From assembly GCA_053919585.1 (NCBI GenBank), contig CM132793.1: 64,000 nt of DNA; one strand, written 5' to 3'. The notes beneath the pieces were generated by a model that saw only the letters and a program-made list of their open reading frames with translations, searched no databases and had not been told where the DNA came from. Of this stretch, positions 27,079 to 38,904 are shown in pieces. This DNA is from Euprymna scolopes (taxonomy: Eukaryota). A program made the translations under genes and the position numbers. Every line of letters begins with the position of its first letter. The stretch's first letter is position 1.

Positions 27079-27632
27079 ATGAAAAATGTTTTCATGGCGA
27101 GCTAATCCATTCAGCTAAATTTTGAAGTTAAATTGATTCTAAAAATCCTTTTAGAGATAAATATTAGTTTTATGGGTCTATTTCAAAGATAATTAGTAAA
27201 GTAAAATCCTAAGATACTGAATTAAAAAAAAAAAAAAAAAAAAAAAAAACAAACACCTTGTTTGCACAAAAAATATCTGAATTAGACCCAAAACTGAGTT
27301 TTTTTGTCATTCACAAAACCACAACAAACCATACTTTTGGAAATACGGAATATACGGAGGCCCAAAATCTGAGACAGTCGAAAAGCTGTCTGAGAATGAC
27401 GTAATGTAATTAAAAGAAAGGAGGGGCGCTGAGTTTCCCCCCCCCCCCAGACGGGTATGTATAAATTTTACCATTTTTTAATTTAATTAATTTTCTATGT
27501 TCCTGTTTTTAAATTAATTATTTTTTTAATTATTGGCCAATATTATATAAAAATTGTTACGCCGAAAGTTTCACATTCTTGCGAGCAAGGAAATTATTAA
27601 AATCTTGCATATAAAAATCATGCAAAATCTGT

Positions 27633-27672
<40 letters not shown>

Positions 27673-28189
27673 CAAATATTTTTGCTATTATAATTTTTTT
27701 TGTGAAAATATTAAACAATGCTTAATTCAATAGTAATATGAGTAGTTAGAGAAATTCATTTTTCTCAGTTATATCGAATTCATTAATACAGACTTTAGGG
27801 GCTTTTTCCATAATGTTCCTGTAAAAATTTTACTTTATTTTCATTGTTACAAATTACGATGCTTTATTTATATAAACAAAGCAAAAATAAATTCTTGCGT
27901 TTTTTTTTTATTTACTACTGAAAACCATAACTTTAGTAAAGGTATTTTTTGTTTAAACAAAATAATACATTTCCACTAAGATTTAAATAAAAATAATTAG
28001 TTCATTATATTCCGCGATCATTATTTAATAAATACTGAAATTTTCATCAAAATTGGTTAATTTCCTGATTTTTGGTGAATTTTTAAGTAAAGGGAGGAGT
28101 CAAAATGTTTATACATTTCGAGCGTCGGCATTCATTTTGCCCGTACCTATAAAACAGATGTTTCTTCAGGCCGTTGTTTTATTAATGGT

Positions 28190-28440
28190 GTGTATAGATC
28201 ATATTCCGCATTCACGTTGGAAGTCTTTCTGTGTTGCTCACTCGAACGCCCACAAGTAGATTATTTTAATTATGATGGCAACTGTCAGCCTAGACTTTGC
28301 AAAAAAGGTACCAGTCCAGATGATGTAAAAGTTCGGCATTTGGTAGCCTGACACCTCCAGGCATAGCCATCACTTACCTTTCCGCTTATAAGACTGCATC
28401 AGTGTCCACATGATGCACAAGTTTTCGTCCGTGCCAGTAA
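28190..28440 (-). mobile_element. Merlin transposase N-terminal remnant
   Basis: LLARTKTCASCG...DGYAWRCQATKC...GTFFAKSRLTVAIIIKIIYLW parallels the N terminus of the 3866 transposase. Confidence 0.65.
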
Positions 28441-30600
28441 TTTTTTTTCTTTACAAAAATCAAGGACTCCAGCCGGTGTTTAAGGCTGTAAAATTCATGT
28501 TTTTTTTTTTTTTGACATAAAAGTACGAAATGGTGTGCTTTTTTTCTTTTTTTTTACTAATTTGTTTTCTTCCTCTTCCAAATTGTCGTGTACTGCTTTG
28601 AATTTGCGAACGCACATCGCATTGAAAACCATCGCGCTACATTGTAATTGGTTTAGCTTTATGTTACATCAGACGGCTTAATTTCCTTGGCGATGCTCTG
28701 CTTACTCGTGGCCAGCGAGAGTAAAGAAGGCTGATGCACATGACAGCGTAACGTCACTTCCTGATTAACTTGTAAGTATAGACAGCTTCCGGTATTCAAT
28801 CACATGGTCACGCTAACAGGCAAAAAAATATGACTACCGATTGTCCAAGTATGTTCTAAAGAGAAAGAACAATTCTTCATTTGGATAATAATTATTATAA
28901 TTGCACATTGGGAGAATTTTAATCTAACAAAATATAGTAAGTGAACTAGTTTTTGAACCTTTAGTTTCTATCGGAGAAAGTAAAATATTTCATTTTATTT
29001 ACTTATTTATTTTTTTTTGTACTGCAAAACAAACAATTTTTATATATTTTTCAGTCCATTCTTAATAATAAATAAAACTTTTCACCGAGTATTTCCAAAC
29101 CCAAAACTTTAACTTTGAAATAATATCTAAAATACATATGCGTACACTGCACAAGCACCCTTATTATCATAATAATAAAAAACTGGTGTAGATGACATCG
29201 ACTGGTGCCACTCCACCTAGTTGTGAAGGGGTCAGGGAGGATGGAAAGACAGAGGTGGGAGAGTACTAACCAAATCTCCACTGGAAGTGTGCAGTTCAAA
29301 TCTGGTACCTTGGGGAGACATTTTGTCACCTAAACCCAAGGAAACACCAATGGCAGATGCCAACGAGAAATCAGTGACAACGGCTGTTGCAATAACATGC
29401 AATCATCTGCACAAGTGGTCAAGAGGTGGAAAACACTGGAAATCTGGGGAGACTTTTTGTCACTTGTTCTCCAGGGAATACCACAGGTTACTACTAGTGA
29501 GCAATCACTGATGGCCTGCGAGACAACTAATGCGCTACACATTTTGATGAAAAATATGGGGAGGAGGGGAAAAAAAAAAAAAAAAAAAAAAAAATGGACA
29601 TAGAACAGGAACAGAAAACCAAAACTTTATAATTTCTCTATTTAAGGTAATAGTTATTTAAATATTTCGACATATAATCTTGTGGGCAAAATTCAGCTTC
29701 CCAATAAGGGGCACTCTGGATAGGAACAAAAATAATCTCAGTCATGAAGGATTTCTCCTCCACCAACCGAGGACAGAAAGGATAAAGTGTAGCATCAAAA
29801 CATACTACACTAATCTTGTTCCGAAGGCCAAAAAATATTCGTGTTTAATGTTTCTTTAATTGTTTGTTCCCCAAATTCATAATTCAGTTTTATCAGTATT
29901 AAATTGTATCTTGCTTTAAAATTACTTATTTTTACATAGATAATATTTATATTGGATAAAGTTTCAGTATTAATCGAACTGTGTTCCTTTTTCTTTTTAA
30001 AAATGCTTTATTGCTCTTTTTCAAATGGCCCTCATATAGTACTGACAGTCTGACAAATCTTACCTACATCGCCTGCAGACATTTTTCAGTTAACAGGCCT
30101 TCTTACTCTCAGTGGCCGTGGCTTAGTCTGGCTGTCGACGTCAGGTTCCGAGGAAAGCCGGGCATGCGCTGACTTACGTCTGGATCACTCTCTGCATGAG
30201 TACAAAAAAAGTATATGTATACGTTTCATGAAAAAATTTCCCCGTTTTCATTAATTAAATTGAAACATTTCCAATTAAACAATTTATGGATATGTTATCT
30301 TTCACTTTATTTCCGTTTTTCATAGTTCTTTCTGGAAGCAATTAATATCTAGTTTAATTTTTTTATTTATTTATATTATATTTCGGTCAGATAAAAAATA
30401 CTGATTTCTCCTGAAAGGTGCCTAAAAAAAAAAAAGCTCTTGCAGACGGAACCACAACTCTTTGTAATGACATTTTATGAAGGTCATAAGGGACTGTCTT
30501 AACTCTTCACATGGTGAATGCCGCCGCAAAAAAAAGGCCGATCCAAGTGTTTGTATGACGGCAGCCATCTTGTTTACGAAATTCAAAAGCTCGTAAAAAT

Positions 30601-30601
<1 letters not shown>

Positions 30602-30637
<36 letters not shown>

Positions 30638-32628
30638 GGTAGGCACCACTTATCAAGGCCCAGAAGCCCCTCTGGGATAAGGGTTATTGTGTGTACAGTA
30701 TATTAGTATTGGAGATTTGATAAAGTGTCTTAAGGTGGCGGTTCACCAGGAATTTGTTTATATTGGACTTGAAGACACCCAGATTGTAATCAGGTGAGAA
30801 ACAGGCAACCGGAACAGAGTTCCACAGGCATGCACTTCTAAGAAAGAAGCTTTATTTATGGAATCTACGTTTTGATTTTGGCACAGATAAGGAGGAGGGG
30901 GAAATTTTTGACAGTGGTTTCAGCTAGACGGGTGTTTATCGTGAAAGATTGGCGAGGAGGGGGCAGAGATTGGAGCTCAGACGAGCACCTGCCATCGTAG
31001 TAACGATAAAACAAAGACAGGCTTGCAACATCTCTCCTGTGGGAGAGAGGTTGCAGGGAAGAGAAAAGGGCATCACCCACTAGACCACAAAGTCTATTTT
31101 GTACTGTCAAGGCAGGATAGGCTGTTTTTAGCAGCTCCTGCCCAGATGTGGCAGCAGTACTCCATCCTTGGACATACTTGGCTTTTATACAAATAGAGGA
31201 TTGCATCAGGGGTGAGATATCTTCTGCAGTGGTAGAAGGATCCTACCATTTTTCCAGCGATATTGGCAACTGACTTGATGTACGTGTTCCATTTTAGGTC
31301 AGGAGTAAAGGTCAAGCCCAGAAGCTTATCAAAACATGGAGCTTCCCCTAGACGAGAGCCACCCATTTCAATTGATGCCAGATGGGGATCAGAGCATTGA
31401 TGATGTAAAGATAGGAACTTGGTTTTAGATGCATTAAAAGTAACCAGCCACCTCTTCCTCCACTGTACCATTCGTTCAAGATCAGAGGAGAGAGAATCAT
31501 TTGCGGCCTTTGATGTGTTGCCATAGATGGTTTTGTCATCAGCATAGATGTCAACGAATGATTTAAGTATGTGTTTTGGGAGATCATTGATGTAGATCAG
31601 GAAGAGAGTTGGACTCAGGATAGACCTCTGAGGGACTTTAGCATTAATATTGAGGGCCTCTGATTTCTGCCCATCAAGTACTACTCTTATGAGCCTATCG
31701 AAGAGAAATGATTTAATGATCGAGAAAACATTTCCAGTTATACCATAGCTGGAAATCTTGTAAAGTAGGCCCTTATGCGATACCTTATCAAAGGCCTTTG
31801 ATATGTTAAGAGCAATTGCCCTAGGGAGGAAGCCTTTGTCAAGAGATTCGCTAATCCTATATGATATAACAACACATCTGCTGTAGATCTGGCAGGACGG
31901 AAACCATATTGCATGTCACTAAGAAGGTTATTTCTGCTGAGGTGGTTGACTACTTCTCTATTTAATATGGATTCCAGCAGCTTACCCAGGACACACAGGA
32001 GACTTATTGGTCTGTACTGAGAGGAAGATTACTTATCACCTGAATTCTTAAATACAGAGCATACTGATGAGGTTTTCCAGGGTGTTGGGAAGCACTTCTC
32101 CTTAAGGCAACGCTTAAACAGTTTTGTAAGTATGGGAGCAAGTTCTGGTTGAAGCTTTTTCAGCACAATGATTGGAATGCCGTCGGGGCCAATTGCTTTA
32201 CTGGAATCAAGGTTCTTGATTAGCTTGGCGACCTCACGCACAGATATTTGTACGTTGCAGAGAGTGTTATCCGTTATAGGAAGAAATACGGAGAGCTGAT
32301 GGCCTTCGTTGCATAGGGTAGGATTAGCTGCAAAGTTTTTGGCAAATAGTTTGGCCTTATCTGATGCTGACGAGATGAACTCAGGTCAATTGATGATGCC
32401 TTGGATAGAACGCAAGCTTCTGTTCAAGATCCTATTAACTATTTGCCAAAACTTGTGGGAACCAAGCCGCTGCTCAGCTACTTTGGATTTAACGGACTGA
32501 GCATATAGCTCTCTTGCATTTTTTATTACTCTTTTGCAGTGGTTGCTGGCAGTCCTGAAGGCAGCTTTAGTCTCAGTGCATCTATTACGTTGGTAGCTAT
32601 GGAAAAAGTGATTTCTGTGCACGATGGC
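30602..32628 (-). mobile_element. CR1-group LINE, 5'-truncated, same subfamily as 47631-50952
   Basis: RT motifs (GPDGIP, IYADDK, MEYCCHIWAGA, LQPLSHRR). Poly-T tail 30602-30633. High similarity to 48980-50945. Confidence 0.9.
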
Positions 32629-32688
32629 AAATATTCAAGATTAAATAAAAAGCATTTAAAACTATTAAGAAACACCCAAAAATGTAGG

Positions 32689-32880
32689 CGGTAGTTATAG
32701 AGATATAAAATGTTGTATTATGCATTGTATTCTTTGGCAGTCATGTTTTTTACGCGCGTGCGCGCACGCCATAAACAAATCTACTCATCTATGACTGACG
32801 TTGCGCTCTGCACGCGTGTAAAAAAGATGGCCGCCGAAGAATACAATGCATAATACAACTTTTTATATCTCGATAACTAC
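32689..32880. repeat. ~190-bp palindrome inside a probable DNA-transposon remnant
   Basis: GTAGTTATAGAGATATAAAA..GTATTATGCATTGTATTCTT pairs with AAGAATACAATGCATAATAC..TTTTATATCTCGATAACTAC. Confidence 0.75.
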
Positions 32881-33124
32881 TTATTTCTGCAAAATGTCAA
32901 TGCGATTTCCGTATTCAGCATAGTCGAAAACCTATAAAAAGTGTCATTTAAAAGAAAATTGTGGCGGTGGGTGGACCTAATCTAAAACAATATCAAAATG
33001 GTTTCCATGATACAAAGAAATTACATGGGCCTTAAAGTAAAATAATACAATTCTTTTAAAGCACACCGAAAACTACAAAACCCTTAAAAAAAAAAAAAAA
33101 AAAAAAAAAATTTATACGAACGTG

Positions 33125-33450
33125 GGCACTTGCACAGTTAAGTCAAGCCATTAAAAAAATGAAAATATCGAAAAAAGTTTAAATTGCATGTATCTGTTAT
33201 GGAACGAAGTTCTCCGAAAAAAATTTCACGTAATTTCATCAAGTTTTTTTTACAGTGGAAAAAACACGTTTTTATGAGAGCGCGTTGAAGGCAGACATCT
33301 TGAATTAAAAAAAAAAAAAAAAAACTACTTGATGAAATTAAGTGAATTTTTTTTTTTCGGAGAACTTCGTTCCATAACGGATACATACAATTTAAACGTT
33401 TTTTCGATATTTTCATTTTTTTAATGGCTTGACTAAACTGTACAAGTACC
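33125..33450. mobile_element. Merlin-type MITE, copy 2
   Basis: ~120-bp TIRs GGCACTTG.../...CAAGTACC. TSD CGAACGTG / TGAACGTG (8 bp, one transition). Same family as 24072. Confidence 0.82.
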
Positions 33451-33482
33451 TGAACGTGAGACGAACCTTAAAGTAAAGCTGA

Positions 33483-34329
33483 GTGTTTGTTTTACTGTAT
33501 ACAGATTCGAAAAAGTGGTCACAAAACAAATATAGAACAAATAAATGTTATCAAAGGCAAGATAAGTTACTTTTCTACCTAACTGGATATATTTTTTGTG
33601 TTTTTATTCAGTGTAACATGTTTATTCAGCTCGAAAAACATGCAGTGTTTACCGATGTATTGGAAAATTCAAAATGGCGGTCGACTCTCTCTTGGAGAGG
33701 GTAAGTTTGGGGAAAGGTATTATAAATAATAAACTAGACAAAATACTGTTAGAAATTCGCTCAATATATGTTACCGTGACATAAGTTGACATATATCCAG
33801 TTGTTTTTTAATAGTATTTTGTCTAGTTTATTATTTATAACATCTTTTCCCAAACTTATCGTATTAAAGAGACAGTCGGGCGCCATTTTGAATTTTCCAA
33901 TACATCGGTAAACACTGCATGTTTTTCGAGCTGAATAAACATGTTACATTGAATAAAAACACGAAAAATATATCCAGTTAGGTAGAAAAGTAACTTATCT
34001 TGCCTTTGATAACATTTACTTGTTATATATTTGTTTTTTGACAACTTTTTCGAATCTATGTGTACAGTAATACAAACCCGATGTTTTTAGTGTTTTATAT
34101 TTAATGTAACATGTTTATTCAACTCTAAAAACATACAGTGTTTACCGATGTATTAGAAAATTTAAAATGGCGCCCGACTCTCTCTGAGACGGTAAGTTTG
34201 GGAAAATGAGTTATAAATAAAAACCAGTCAAAATACTGTTAAAAAACCGCCGAATATATGTCAGCCTATGCCACGGTAACATATATTGAGCGAGTTTCTA
34301 ACAGTATTTTGTGTACAGTAAAACAAACC
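33483..34329. repeat. Foldback element: ~600-bp hairpin (33483-34078) plus a partial third arm; related fragment at ~25660-25752
   Basis: ORFs 33483+ and 33856- translate almost identically, showing inverted arms. 34080-34329 repeats part of the first arm and the terminal sequence. Confidence 0.8.
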
Positions 34330-35071
34330 AGTTTTTTTTTTTTTTTTTAATTGCGATTTTCCTGCACCGAAAAAAAAAAAAAAAGTGAGCCACGGTCAGG
34401 TCCGCCAAAAAACTTACTTAGATAAGTATAAGAGTAACTAACTAGCTAACATTTATTTATTGTGTAGTCCTCATGTGCATTTTGCTATGCTCACAAAATC
34501 ACCAATAACTTCATTTTTTTTTCTTCCCGCCAAATTTTTCAAGATTTTCACATGTTTTAATCAGAAACGAATGTATTAATATACAGTAAATACGGTATAT
34601 TTACCTGTTTCTCGTGGCAAAGTTACATTCAACTAACTTGTAGTTATATCGGCCGAGTCGGCAATTCCACGATAGTAGCGTAAGTAGCGAGCAGCGTCCC
34701 AAACGACCGGCAATAAACGAATACATCTGCAGAAGGAGATAACGTCTGGGATGGTATTCTCCTGAGAGCGAACAGAATCGTTTCCATGACGTTAGCTCAA
34801 AGCTTGGATTATTATTTATTTATTTATTTATTTTTTTTTTTTAATTTTTTTTTTTTGTAATGTGGTGGAGTTCTTTGGACATGTTTTTCGCCATCTAACA
34901 CCGTTCACAGCGGTGATATAGAAAAAATACTTATAATCAAATACAATTCCGAGAGAAATAATGTTAGTCCAAAAAAAAAACATAGTTAGTCTCAAAGTTG
35001 TATCAAGAAGCAGAACTTGATGTAAGAACTAAAACATGAATTTATATCCTACGGACACGAAACGAAACGAA

Positions 35072-35108
<37 letters not shown>

Positions 35109-35404
35109 TTACTGCAATATGTAGTTTTAATTATTTTCTTCTGTATCTTTACTTTTCACCGTAATAAAAAAAACAAAAACATGTTAGGTGCATTCAAAAT
35201 AATTAAAATAACAATTCACCGTTTTGGGGAGTTCTGTTAAGAGAAGCCAACAAAAACGTGACAAAGGTGAGATGTTACTCTTTTACCTACGGAGAAGTTA
35301 CGTATTTTAATGCTTTTATTCGGTTCGATAAGTTACTCTTCTACCTACCTGTTTGTTTTCCGGTGTGTTGAAAACGAATATCTTTTATACATTTTATAAA
35401 TGAG

Positions 35405-36230
35405 GAGACAACTCAATTCGAAATTGTAGTCAGCTAGAAAGCAGAAAAAACGGAAGACAATTCCACAGGCGTGCAGTTGCAGTACTGCAGTTCTAAGAAA
35501 GAACCTTTTTTTCATGGAATCTACGTTTAGGTTTAGGCACAAATAAAAAAGTGGGGGGGGGGGATTATTGATAGTGTTTTCAGTTAGACGAGTGTTTCTT
35601 GTGAAAGTTTGGTGAGGGGGGGGACAATAGATTGGAGCTCAGTCGAGCACTTGCCATGAAAATAATAATAAAGCAGAGACAAATTCGCAACATCTCTTCT
35701 GTGAGATAGAGATTGCAAGGAAGAGAAAAGGTCATATCCTACGAGGCTACAAAGTCTATTTTGAACTCTATCAAGGCAGGACAAGTCCTTTCTAGCAGCT
35801 CCTGCCCAAATGTGGCAACAGTACTCCATCCTTGGACATATCTGACTCTTATATAGATAGAGAATTGCATCAGCAGTGAGATATCTACTGGATCGATAGA
35901 AGGCCCCACCATTTTTCCAGCAGCCTTGGCAACAGATTTGATGTACGTGTTCTATTTCAGATCAGGAGTAAAGGTAAAGCCTAGAAGCTTGTCAAAACAT
36001 GAGGCCTCCCCAAGACGAGAGCCATTCATTTCAATTGATGCCAAATGGGGATCAGAGCGTTGATGATGTAAAGATAGAAGCTTGGTTTTAGATGCATTAA
36101 AAGTAACTAGCCACTCCTTTCCCCATTGTACCACGCGCTCAAGATCAGAGGAGAGAGAATCAGAGAGAACTTGGTCGTTTACGGTCTTAGATGTACTACC
36201 ATAGATGGTAGTGTCATCAGCATAAATAGA
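35405..36230 (-). mobile_element. CR1-group LINE 3' fragment
   Basis: IYADDTTIY, WLVTFNASKT, MEYCCHIWAGAARKDL. Confidence 0.88.
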
Positions 36231-36471
36231 AATACACTCTTGTGTTCCCTTGAACTGAGGAATGAATTTGTCAGTAAATTTAGATGTATTTGGCACAATA
36301 ACTATTTGCTGTCAATTAGAGAAGTAGATGCCAACATTAAAGATGCCCCTCCCCCCCAAGTGTCAGGGGGAGAAATCGTTCTTATCGAATCACCAAATAA
36401 GTCCCAGCCCTTCTGCAGTTTGGTCAAGTAAGTCATCTGCTGCTTATGTAAATTTTTATTTGCATCAACTT

Positions 36472-36551
36472 TGTGATAAAAATATCTTGCATGATAAAAA
36501 TGTGATAAAAATATCTTGCATGATAAAAATATCTTGCATGATAAAAATATC
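36472..36551 (+). repeat. Tandem ~18-bp repeat TGATAAAAATATCTTGCA (about 4 units) near the LINE 5' end
   Basis: Directly visible. Confidence 0.85.
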
Positions 36552-38904
36552 AAGCGTAGAAATTTGGAATTCAAATAAAAACTATTTTCTGGGTAGACTT
36601 TCACCATTCTTTTTAATATGCGCATATATTGTCTTTAACTCTTTGCTTCCATGCGAGTCGTTTGTTCTATTACTTTATTTTTTATTTATTTATTCACTTT
36701 GTTTATTTATTTCTCTTTTTGCTTTTACCAACTGTATACCTTCTCTTTAAATGTATTTATTTAATGCATTTTAATTACATATGCGTAAAAATGGTCTCTA
36801 ACACTTAGTCCCACGCGAGCCGTTTTTATGGTCAGAAGAACTCTACTCGATAACGAATAGCCTATGCAAGAATATAGAAGAGCTAGGACCACCTTTCTTT
36901 CTACTATAGAAGACAGAAGAACTTTATTAAGTAGTATACTTAATATATGCAATCACCGTACGCTTGCTTGTATTTAAGTGTCCTCCATGATACCCATACC
37001 ATACCAAACCACTGCACGTTGCTCATAATTTGACTGACACTATATTTGTAACTGCAATATACATAATCCCAGCTGTGATACTAGGGCTAATTTTCTGAAT
37101 AGATGCAACACTCTGCGCCTGACCTTAATGACTACAATTCCAAATCCCAACGAACTAGCTGTCCCTATAACTGGGAGGGAAAAACCTAATAGCTAGCTAC
37201 GAAATCTTATACATTTTACCTCCAAGACGATTGCGTTTGTCTTACCTGCATGCATAAAAAAATAAAAAAAAAAAAAAAAAAAATTTCCTCCCTTCTTCAA
37301 ACTAAACCTTACCTGTAACTCAAAAATCCTAATGGAAATCCATCTGTAAATAAATAACCCCTCTTCTCTTGAACGCTAACAATCTACTCCTTCCAACCTA
37401 TCCGCCACTACACTCCCACATTGCTCCGCATCTGTAGTGGAATCGCTAACTTCCAGCCCCTAATCCCTCACATGCAAACTGATTTAATAGCCATCACTAA
37501 ACATCTATACATTTCTACCTCTAAGGCAGGCATTACAGCTCATTCCTATCCAGTAAGGGACTTAACAGCCTATGCACATAAAGGCAGGTACTTAACAGCC
37601 AAAGTACCCAGAAACAAAGCGATATGCACTACACAACTGTCTCCTCGAGTTTTGCAACGACTAATTACGTTATTGAAACGACACTCCTTGTTATGCAAAA
37701 CGCCCCATGACTCTTACTAAAAAATACCTACAACTTCAACTCTATTCGCACCTACTGAAAACCTGCCCATATATCTATTCACCTAATTACGCATGACTCA
37801 AAACTTGCTGTCTTATCCATGCTATATTGCCCTTACATCTTAACCCTCCTATCATCTAAAATAGCTCGGGCAAAACTCGTAGCTCAATTCTTAATACCTA
37901 CTCATACTGTAACACTATACTAGACCTAAGCTAACATTAATAAAATAAAAAAAAGGGTAAGACTAAAATCACATTATCTCCTCCCTAACAAGCCCTCTTA
38001 CAAACATAGACGCTTACACTGCATGAACTTCACCCCCCCCCCCTTTATCCATTAACAAGTAAATAGCATGTCCCTAAATCACTTTGAGGAGTGTAACTAA
38101 TCAGTAGAGATAAAATCCCTCACAAACTAACCCAGTAACACTAACAACGCGGGGTCGCAGAAATACCTGGATTAGAACCTAGGCGCGGAGAAAACCCTCT
38201 CAGGGCTGACGGACCCAGTAGGTCTTCCCAGATCATCCGTCTAGGAGAAGGAAAACTCTGAAACTAAACCAAAGGGGAGAGAGGCCTCTTCAGTCTTGGA
38301 TGACAACCTTCCTAGAGCTGGTGACTCAAACAAATTCACCGGTTTGCAAACCTAAATTGCTTAAGGAGTAGATAGGCTCTGTCTATCGCCCGGCTTCCAT
38401 ACTCCTTCTTTGCCTATTAGTCAAGCGCAGAGACACTATCTCAGTGATTCGACAGAAACACCCAGCGGTAGATCTTGTTTCCTGGCTAGGGCAATGAACG
38501 CCGTTCTTCCCCATTCCCAGCATGCCCCACCCCTAAAACTGAACATGTGGGAGTGCTTGAGTATAAGATATGCCTGAGCGATTAGATTGGGTTGACCTTC
38601 TTCTAAAGGGTTGAGGGTACCGGATTGACAGTTCCTGGCTGCTGTTCCCGACTGGTAGTACAGGAGCCCTAACTCTTTGGTAGCGCTTAGAGCGGCTGCT
38701 CCATCAACAGTTGAATAATATCGGGTTGTTTGCAGTGCCATGACGCGCATGGAAAGGGACCCTGCACTCATCCCCGGTGGGCTTTCCTGAGGCCACAATC
38801 CTAATTGGAGAAAGGTCAGCTGATGGTCTACTTGTGATGCATGTCTGAAGCTCCGCATAACCTCTTGTTTAGCTCCCCCTTACCGAAACTCTTAAAAAAA
38901 AAAT

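Larger units (their letters stand above)
26263..30200. mobile_element. Putative TA-flanked TIR element, composite and decayed
   Basis: 26263-26345 (CTCATGCAGAGAGTGATCCAGAC...) is the inverted homolog of about 30117-30200. TA lies immediately outside both ends. Confidence 0.55.

Noticed and set aside
25000-28440. Joining the two minus-strand Merlin remnants into one element
   Set aside because: They overlap in the same protein segment (the ..HT(I/V).. helix) with different sequence, so they are separate copies.
38150-38275. HDV-like ribozyme in the LINE leader
   Set aside because: I could not build P1, P1.1, P2 and P3 with a J4/2 cytosine. Only simple hairpins are supportable.
38436-38858. 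140-aa minus-strand ORF as a LINE ORF1 or ORF0
   Set aside because: Antisense, no recognisable domain, and no counterpart seen in the 47.6-kb copy.
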